Shown: piece after piece, positions 36,175 to 43,671 of the stretch
Layout: each line of letters starts with the position of its first letter
How positions within the stretch are numbered: the first letter of the stretch is position 1
NCBI GenBank assembly: GCA_030167865.1
Contig: JALAGF010004489.1
Location: 1 to 43,671 of the forward strand
Direction: 5' to 3'
Length of the DNA stretch: 43,671 nucleotides
DNA from: Craspedostauros australis
Taxonomy: Eukaryota
The notes under the pieces: generated by a model
Told to the model about the DNA's origin: nothing
Database searches by the model: none
What the model saw: only the letters and a program-made list of their open reading frames with translations
Translations under genes and position numbers: made by a program

Positions 36175-37313
36175 ATGCTGTCCAACCTCTGCAGACAGTT
36201 CACAACGGCGGCATCGCTGTCGGCGCGATCTTGCGCAGGCCCGCGAACAGCCGTCCCTCGTCTTCCTGCAAGCAGCGTTCAGAGTATGGCTGCGAGACGC
36301 CTTGCGCTGCCATCCACCGCCACCACGTCTCTTGCTGCATTCTCGACGGCAGCAGCGTCGCAGGCCAATACGGAATACGTCGAAGTGCTCAAACTCAACA
36401 TGCTGGAGAATAATCCCGGAGCAAGAAGGCAGGTATGTAGTACATACACACATGTATAACATACACACATGTATAACATGCACATATGTATGTGCACATG
36501 CACCAGTGATTTCGCTACGTCATGTTACGGCATGGAATAATCCAGCATGTCTGCATTACTCGCACTCCATAGTCGTACTCAACTCCTTCAACCATACTCC
36601 CTCCTCAATCTCACACAACCACGATGACATGGACGACACAGAAAAAGAGAGTCGGCCGCGGCGTCGGTTCCGGGCGCGGCAAGACCAGCGGACGCGGTCA
36701 CAAGGGCCAAAAGGCGCGAGCCGGTGGCGGCGTCAAACTGGGCTTCGAGGGAGGTCAGACCAAGCTGTACAAGCGCTTGCCCAAACGCGGTTTCACCAAC
36801 AAGCGCTTCGCCACGCCCATGGTCCCGCTCAACGTCGGTAAGATCCAGGACTTTATCGACATGGGACGCTTCCCGCACGTCGCTGCCGACACGGCGGCCG
36901 ACGCCATGCCGATCCTCACATTGAAAGACCTCGTCGACGCCGGCATCACGAATCACACCACCGTGAAGCACGGCATCAAGCTGCTGTCGCATGGCACAGA
37001 ACGTCTGCGCACACCCATCAAGCTGCATATCAGCCGCGCATCGAAGGAGGCCATTCAGGCCGTCGAGAATGTCGGCGGGCAGGTCACGACGGTGCATTAC
37101 AATCGGTTGGCCTTGCGCGTTCTGCTGAAGCCGCACAAGTTTGGTGTCCATCCGCCCAAGATGGCGCGACCGCCGCCCAAGCTGCAACCGTACTACACGA
37201 ACTGGGATGACTGTCGTGGCTACCTCAGCGTGCAGTCGCAGATGCGGGATCTGTTGGCGCAGCGGCCCGAATTGGAGGAAGCATTTCAGAAGGCGCTCGG
37301 CAAGACGAAGTGA
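36175..37313 (+). CDS. MRPL15: Ribosomal protein uL15, bacterial type with N-terminal presequence (mitochondrial); exons 36175-36432 and 36642-37313
   Basis: [39 protein letters not shown]...[38 protein letters not shown]; phase-0 GTATGT..ACAG intron; Arg/Ser/Ala-rich leader without acidic residues. Confidence 0.93.
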
Positions 37314-37768
37314 ATGGTGTGGCATCGTATCATGACTCTCCGGAGAGTGTCTGGCAAAGATACCAGACTCTTGAAAGCATAATATCGTAGTTTGCTGTTG
37401 CGATGATATCATATGAGCCAATGCGAGTCATTAGAGAGCAGTTATCAACAGATAATTACGCTGGGGTATGCCTATGCCATTCGAAACTCTCGCAGTGAAG
37501 TGGCGATGTCATCAGATGTTGAGGATAGCGTGGAACACCAGTACTCGTTGAGTATTGTGTAGAATTCTGTTCGTTCTTTAGCCTCCCTATTTTGTTTTTG
37601 GCGCGATGAACAGATCCCGAGAAAGCGAAAAGCGGATTGTGACCATCCCCGATGACTTCCCTCCACTGTGTACACGCAAGAACGCAAGAACGCAAGAACA
37701 CACGCAATCCTCACAACAACACAATCTTACATTGTCATACACTACCGCACAACAGACACACGACCACC

Positions 37769-38011
37769 ATGGGCAACAATGCTTCCTCCGCACTGGGCGC
37801 CGCCGCTGCCTCGAACCAGCTCAAGGGCGTGCTGAAGGACGCCGAGGATGGAACCAAGGGTGGCAATCCGGAGAACGAAAGGAAGATCCAGGAGATCCAA
37901 GGCCGCAACAAGACCAACATCCAGGACTACGAGCAGAAGAAGGCAGCGCATGCCGCCAAGAAGAAGAAGCTGTCGGAAGCTTGGGCGGCCAATCGCAAGG
38001 CTGCCAACTGA
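37769..38011 (+). CDS. Small 80-aa helical protein, predicted N-myristoylated, complexin-like pattern
   Basis: ACCACC-ATG-G context, strong GC3 codon bias, MGNNAS start, charged helical C-terminal half. Confidence 0.75.
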   Translation: MGNNASSALGAAAASNQLKGVLKDAEDGTKGGNPENERKIQEIQGRNKTNIQDYEQKKAAHAAKKKKLSEAWAANRKAAN

Positions 38012-38460
38012 GGTGGTTTTGGGGCAGAGTTGGTTGCTCAATACGATCGTGGAAGGAAGGAAGCATGCGTGCATGCATTCCATTGAGAAGAGATCCATAA
38101 CAACATGGGAAGAACAAGCAGATTCAAGGGATTTCTCAAGAGAGAGAAGAAAGAAGGAAGGAAGGATGCGGACATGGACAAAGCAGCAAGTCACATGGTG
38201 ACTATTGCATTCTTCAGCTGGCTGGCTGGAGGGATGAATGGAAAGTGTCTGCATCCAACAGTGCTCCTCGTCTATTTTCAGCCGCAAACACCATTCCCCA
38301 ACTCTCCAAACGCCCACACCAAGAGCACTGCAGCAATAACACAATACAATACTATCACAACAGAACTAATTTCATATTTGGACAGAGCATCATGGAACTA
38401 TAATACTGCTCTAGAGTACTCTCATGTGTCTTCGCACCCATGTATTACATTCATCACTGC

Positions 38461-41400
38461 TCAAGCAAAGTGCGAACTGAACACCTCCAGATCTTGCAGT
38501 TCCTCGATGAACGTCCTGCCGTTGCTGCCGGGATTGCCAAGACCGAAGCTCAGCGGCGCCCCCGTCGTTGTGTCGATTGCCAGCACCGTGTACCGCAATT
38601 CACACGTCAGCGTCGCCGTGCCCTCCATGCGTTGCGGCAGTGCCGATAGCACGCACCAAGCCGCTCCACCTGCCTTGTGCGGTAGAACACGGATGGGCAC
38701 GCGGATGGCTGGCTGGATGGCCTCCTCCGAACTCTCGGCGACGACGAACGCGACGTTGCCGAGGGCGCGTCCATCGACGTTAGCGTTGTTCGTGACGATG
38801 GCCTGGATGACGACGTGCCTTGGGAAGAAGTGCTTCACAATGGTGACGTCCGGGAAGGTGGATGAGGCAGACGATGATGGACGAGCCTTGATGGGTTTCG
38901 TCGAATGGATGGGGTCGCCCAGATTCAATGACTTCAATTGAGGCACGACGTGCAAGCTCGCCTGCGCCTTGAGCTGTGCATCCGTCAGCTTCTCCTTCAA
39001 CGCCACGTACTTGGATCGCAGCAAGGATGACACCACCGTCAATCGCCGCACCTGCGACTCGCTGTCGACAAGAGCAGGGATCAGGAATGGCCGAGCGACG
39101 GCCGACACGGGCACGTTCTTTGGCAGCAACCTCAGCGCTGCTGCACGGTCGATGGCACCGCGACGCAGCGCCAGCACCTGAATGGCGGCATTCGTTCCGC
39201 GTTTGGAGTCCGAGTCGGATTGCAGCGCCACACGCACGAGCGGCAGATACGCGCATCCTTCGTCGCCAGGGAGGGTCGCGGACATCCTCGTGTCGTGCGG
39301 ATCGTCATTCCAGGCGCCACCGCGGGCATTCATGCGCGCGCGTTGGCGTTCTCGCTTGGCTTGCAACCGTTCGTGACGCAAATCACAGTACTCCAACGCC
39401 AAATCGAGGCTCTTGCATTCACCGTACAGAATCTGCAAGGCATCCTCGTGCCGTCCCATCCTCCCCAGCACCAGCGCCTGCTCTTGCAGGAAGGACTTGG
39501 GTAGTGCAGATAGCAGGCGTTCGGAACGGATCTTCGTCAGGGGCCATCGCAAGAAGACTCGCAGCTTGCAACGATACAGTGTCCCGAGCACGGTGTCGGT
39601 CTCATCCGTGTTGTCGTCGCCACGTTCCGCAATGACGCCCTCCAGAAGCAGGTAGCACAGCTCGTCGTGGTAGTTCGCAATATGATCTTCCATTTCCGGA
39701 TCCGGCGCCAATCGGTTAAACGCATCCTCCTCATCGTCGTCGGCGCGTCCTGTGGAGATACCAATGGCAGCCTCGAGGTAGGTGACCGCCAAGGCACGGC
39801 CGGACTCGAGTGGCAGCGCGATGGATTCACCATTCTCATTGACGTCATCCGCCAAAACATCCGATTCCTTCTGATCGTACGCGACGGTCGGTTGTATTTT
39901 CTGCAGCAGCTTGATGACCTCCGCTGGATACGTGGGATGCGACAACGGATCATCACGTGCCAGCATGGCCCTCCACTGTTTGGATGTTTGCGGCAGCAGA
40001 GATGTGAAGACTCCGAGACCCAATCGCGGATTCTCTTGCAGCAACCGATGTGTTGCAATGGATTTGAGCACCAGCGAGCAGGCCGACGGCTTGCCCGTGC
40101 TCCACAACTCGGATAGATGAGTGGCCGTGTAGGAGGCGTACTTGATGGGCGACCACGTTGTGACGCCGCTGTTGCCGGTCGATGGCGGTGACGCCGACGA
40201 CGATGGGACGCGGGCCGTCTTCTGGCTCTGCGGCAGCCGCTCGTACAGCACCTGGATGGCACGTTCGTGCTGTCCGCTGGCGCGAAGGAGCCACACGGCC
40301 GATTCGATGAGGTCCATGCTGAGTTGGGCGTTGTTGGAACTGAGCAAGGAGAAGGATTGCGACGCTTCGCGCAGCAGCCGATCTGCGACCTGACTGCAGA
40401 CCTGCACCGCCGATGCAGGCAGATCGTCCGAACCATCGCCGACGGGGTCATTGAGCACGATGGTGCCGACGCGGTTGGAACACATCTTTGCTGCTTTGTT
40501 GGCCAAGGCTGGCTTGGGTGGTGCTAGCTGCGTGCACACTAGACACAACAGAGCTGTGCCGGTGACCAACGACGTGGGGTTGGCCACAGATGCAACGGTT
40601 GGCACAACCGATTGATCCATCGCGCTGGCGTTGACAGATCTGTTTGCGGAGAAGGAGGCCTCGATGGTGCGACCACCATGCGGGGAAGTATCCGACACGG
40701 CCACGGGCCATGATCCATCGTCACCATCCGCACTCTCCCATTCCAAGAGTCCCAAGATGGCCTGCAGGTACTGCCGCAGCAGATCCCGCGATTGAGGTGT
40801 CGGTTCCGGACCCACATACGATGTTGCCGTGAAGCTGGCCTGCAAGGCATCCGCCAGCTCGCCGCGCGGGAACCCGTTGGCCCCAAATGCATCGATGGCA
40901 TGGCGCATGAGACGATCCGCCAGATCCTGGGTCGTGTCCGGCAGCGCGCGCAGAGACTTCGCCTGGCACGAGTAGGACATGGTCACGAGCAGGGAATCGA
41001 GCTGGGATTCGTTGGCGACCACTGGATGGGACTTGTTCATCGCAACCGGATTGTTGTTATTGTTGGCGAACTTCATGGTTGCTGCCGACATCATCTGCCC
41101 CAAGTTCATGGAACGCAGGCCGAAGAAATCGTTGGGCCGCGTTCCGACCTCGACGGTGCGCAGAGGAATGGCAACGCAGGATGGAGAACGGATGCTGACG
41201 AGTCCGTCGCTCGTGAGCACAGCGATGAGGTACGGTCCCGCCAGCGCCGCCGCCAGGATGGGACTCGCCACCGTGACCATGCCGTTGCGCGGCTTCGATG
41301 CCTCCAGGAGGGGGTGGGTGGAACCGTAGGAGTGGTGACGATGCTGATGGGCGGAGGCATCGTGGCGCAGATCCACCACGGCGCATTCGCGGCCGTTGGC

Positions 41401-42720
41401 GCAGAAGATGGTGGACCATTCATCGCGGGTCGATGCGTAGCGCGGCGATGAGGGTCGCTTCGTGTTGCCATCGGCGTCGTGTCTCACCGGCGGTCGCGGC
41501 AGATCCAGCAGGATGACAGGATGCACCTGCGACGATTGGCCGAACGACAGCATCTTGACGCATTCGGCTGAGGAGGAGAGTCTGCCACGGCCGGATGCGG
41601 AACCACCCGCGGCCCGATCGGCGTCGTCGTCCGTGCCGTTGGCATGCTCCTGCTTCGGCTTGCTGGCGACGGCGTAGACCACGTTGCCGACGGTGACGAC
41701 TGCCACGCGCCCCTGCGCCGTCAACTCCAACGCCGTCTGGCCGCCACGCGCTCCCGGTGCAGGCAGCGTGATGTGCGTGAAGTCCCAGCGCTGCAGCTGC
41801 TTGCCGAATCGGCCGCGCGTCTTCTTCTTGCGCGAGTTTGAAATGGAGATGGTTCCCGAGCCTCCGCGCACCATGGTGGAAGCGTTGCTGCTGGTGCCAT
41901 CGTCGGACAAGGCGGGGTGGTAGGCGTCCGTGAAGACCTGCGTGAGGCTGCGACCGGCCGCCAGGAGGAAGCCCGTTTGCGGCGAGAAGGTGGCCGATGT
42001 GACGCGGCGATTCGAGGTTTCCGACAGCGCCAGCTTGCGGAAGGTGCCATGCTGCAGAGTGATGAGGTAGGGCAGGTAAGCGCCGGGCGTGGAGCTGTTG
42101 GCGTGATCGCCCTTGTTGTCGTCCACCATGACCAGGAACGTGGGCGGCAACGCAGGAGCGGACAGCGCGGCATCCTGCGGCGCCGAGGCTGTGAGGGTGT
42201 CGTGGATGATCCCAACCACCGGACCGGGCAAGCTGGCCCCCGAGTCCACGGGAAGGTACATGCGCGGCAGACTGGCGGGCGGACGGCCCGTGGGCGTGAT
42301 GCCGAGCGGCTGCTGCGACTTGCGCGCCATGCTGCTGCCGCCGGCCTCTCCCATGGTTCCCGAGATGGAGTCCGATGCGAAGGAGCCCGTGGTTCCCCCG
42401 CCGCCTCCGCCGCCCAGGCCTCCGCGAGTGGAGGTGGGCGATCGTCCGGGTGCTGCGGAACCCGCCCTCGTTGGCGCGTAGGCCCGGTAGTGCAGCGTGC
42501 CCTGCTCAGTGCCGAAGATGAGGCCGTGCGCCTTGATGGTGGCGGCGTCCGCGCCGGTGGTGATGCTGGAGGGCACCGAATCGAACGGGTTGATGCTTGC
42601 GCCGGAGCTGCCACCACCTGACGCACCGTCCAGGCTGGGATTCATGGAGGCCTGCCAGACGCTGAAGCTCCGCGGGGTCACCCCGTTGGCGCGCAGTTCC
42701 CACGCTGCTTGCAAGGACAT
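38461..42720 (-). CDS. Vps39/TGFBRAP1(Vps3)-like HOPS/CORVET-type protein (~1419 aa) with a C-terminal gamma-COP appendage-like domain
   Basis: Beta-rich N-terminus (LIFGTEQGTLHY), CHCR-like LLSALPKSFLQEQALVLGRMGRHEDALQIL...ALEYC, Vps39_2-like IDRAAALRLLPKNVPVSAV..FL; tail LGDPIHST...VKHFFPRHVVIQ..VTN...CELRYTV..IDTTTG...ELQDLEV; first ATG at 42720. Confidence 0.85.
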   Translation of the reverse strand: MSLQAAWELRANGVTPRSFSVWQASMNPSLDGASGGGSSGASINPFDSVPSSITTGADAATIKAHGLIFGTEQGTLHYRAYAPTRAGSAAPGRSPTSTRGGLGGGGGGGTTGSFASDSISGTMGEAGGSSMARKSQQPLGITPTGRPPASLPRMYLPVDSGASLPGPVVGIIHDTLTASAPQDAALSAPALPPTFLVMVDDNKGDHANSSTPGAYLPYLITLQHGTFRKLALSETSNRRVTSATFSPQTGFLLAAGRSLTQVFTDAYHPALSDDGTSSNASTMVRGGSGTISISNSRKKKTRGRFGKQLQRWDFTHITLPAPGARGGQTALELTAQGRVAVVTVGNVVYAVASKPKQEHANGTDDDADRAAGGSASGRGRLSSSAECVKMLSFGQSSQVHPVILLDLPRPPVRHDADGNTKRPSSPRYASTRDEWSTIFCANGRECAVVDLRHDASAHQHRHHSYGSTHPLLEASKPRNGMVTVASPILAAALAGPYLIAVLTSDGLVSIRSPSCVAIPLRTVEVGTRPNDFFGLRSMNLGQMMSAATMKFANNNNNPVAMNKSHPVVANESQLDSLLVTMSYSCQAKSLRALPDTTQDLADRLMRHAIDAFGANGFPRGELADALQASFTATSYVGPEPTPQSRDLLRQYLQAILGLLEWESADGDDGSWPVAVSDTSPHGGRTIEASFSANRSVNASAMDQSVVPTVASVANPTSLVTGTALLCLVCTQLAPPKPALANKAAKMCSNRVGTIVLNDPVGDGSDDLPASAVQVCSQVADRLLREASQSFSLLSSNNAQLSMDLIESAVWLLRASGQHERAIQVLYERLPQSQKTARVPSSSASPPSTGNSGVTTWSPIKYASYTATHLSELWSTGKPSACSLVLKSIATHRLLQENPRLGLGVFTSLLPQTSKQWRAMLARDDPLSHPTYPAEVIKLLQKIQPTVAYDQKESDVLADDVNENGESIALPLESGRALAVTYLEAAIGISTGRADDDEEDAFNRLAPDPEMEDHIANYHDELCYLLLEGVIAERGDDNTDETDTVLGTLYRCKLRVFLRWPLTKIRSERLLSALPKSFLQEQALVLGRMGRHEDALQILYGECKSLDLALEYCDLRHERLQAKRERQRARMNARGGAWNDDPHDTRMSATLPGDEGCAYLPLVRVALQSDSDSKRGTNAAIQVLALRRGAIDRAAALRLLPKNVPVSAVARPFLIPALVDSESQVRRLTVVSSLLRSKYVALKEKLTDAQLKAQASLHVVPQLKSLNLGDPIHSTKPIKARPSSSASSTFPDVTIVKHFFPRHVVIQAIVTNNANVDGRALGNVAFVVAESSEEAIQPAIRVPIRVLPHKAGGAAWCVLSALPQRMEGTATLTCELRYTVLAIDTTTGAPLSFGLGNPGSNGRTFIEELQDLEVFSSHFA

Positions 42721-43250
42721 CGTTGCGACTACCGTGGAGGATAGGAGAGTAGAGTAGATTAGATTAGAGCACAATGCTTCCTGCTTTTCTTACGTATACA
42801 ACTATATGCTCTTATGGCTGGACAAGAGTGTCGGAGATGATGGGGCAGATGAGCAATGTTGTTGCATGAGCTGCGGAGAAGACCATGGCCGAGGAAGATA
42901 CCGTCGCCTCCTCTTCGATCCTCATCTTGGTGTTCTCCCAAGAGACGAGGTTCCGCCACGGCGGATCGTGTGTTTCTTGCGCGCGATCTGGGACACCCGG
43001 CAAAATGGGTCGAATTAGTCTATCTTGGAGGCTACTGACCCAGCCAATCAAAACTCGTTGTTTTTGCGATGACAAAAGATCCCACAAGAGGAATGTTCTC
43101 GAATCAAATTTTCGTTCTCAGGAACTCTTTGAAGGTCATAGCTTCCAGTTTTATTTATGGGTATTTCGTGGAGAAACTCCGAAAATGACTCTGCAATACT
43201 GTGTCTTGATTTAATCCCGACCAGTCGTGCGAAAACCGAACCCTTGATTT

Positions 43251-43410
43251 AAATAGCCGTCATTCGATTTTTTTATCCGTCATTCGATTTAAATATCCGT
43301 CATTCGATTTTAATATCCGTCATTCGATTTATTTATCCGTCATTCGATTTTAATATCCGTCATTCGATTTATTTATCCGTNANTCGATTTAATTATCCGT
43401 CATTCGATTT
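43251..43410. repeat. Tandem array, 8 x 20 bp: WWW + TATCCGTCATTCGATTT
   Basis: Exact 20-bp period; near-invariant 17-bp core; two N bases in unit 7. Confidence 0.95.
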
Positions 43411-43671
43411 ATTTAGTTATCAATCCATTGTCTTCACGGGACACCATTGACACTATCGGACTAGTTCGACTAAACGATGTTCTCGTCACATCGCCACTGA
43501 TGACACGGAAACGGACCAACAGACCACGAATACAAAGACGGGGCTTGACGAGAGCAACACATGATGCTCCCGCGCTCGTTTCGGATAGCCAAGCCAGGCA
43601 AAACCACTCCACAACATCAAGTATCAACGTAGTGTAGCGAACGCGATACAAATGCAATACACACTGATACA

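Noticed and set aside
36441-36480. 17-bp duplication (ACATACACACATGTATA) in the uL15 intron, and ACGCAAGA x3 at ~37674
   Set aside because: Simple slippage repeats with no sign of function
36175-37313. Bacterial contamination or HGT suggested by bacterial-type L15
   Set aside because: Has a spliceosomal intron and a targeting presequence; ordinary nucleus-encoded mitochondrial protein
43251-43410. CRISPR array
   Set aside because: Variable part is only 3 bp, there are no cas genes, and the context is eukaryotic; also not a TTAGGG-type telomere repeat

Overview
Eukaryotic nuclear DNA, most likely a pennate diatom. This is inferred from compact genes with short GT-AG introns, GC3-rich codons and diatom-typical families (membrane cyclase-PDE fusion, ankyrin and RNI-like LRR proteins, stand-alone KA1-like proteins). 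About 13 protein genes are supported, four of them spliced models assembled by hand: a JmjC hydroxylase, an ING-N + SGF29 tandem-Tudor protein, two paralogous KA1-like/helical proteins, an ankyrin protein, an LRR protein, a receptor-type cyclase-phosphodiesterase, mitochondrial uL15, a Vps39/TGFBRAP1-like protein and several hypotheticals. The most unusual items are a Vps39-like tether subunit ending in a gamma-COP appendage domain, an adjacent 80-aa putatively myristoylated protein with complexin-like spacing, an ING coiled-coil joined to SGF29 Tudors instead of a PHD finger, and a phased 8 x 20-bp array near the right end. All domain calls come from motif recognition by eye; no searches were run.
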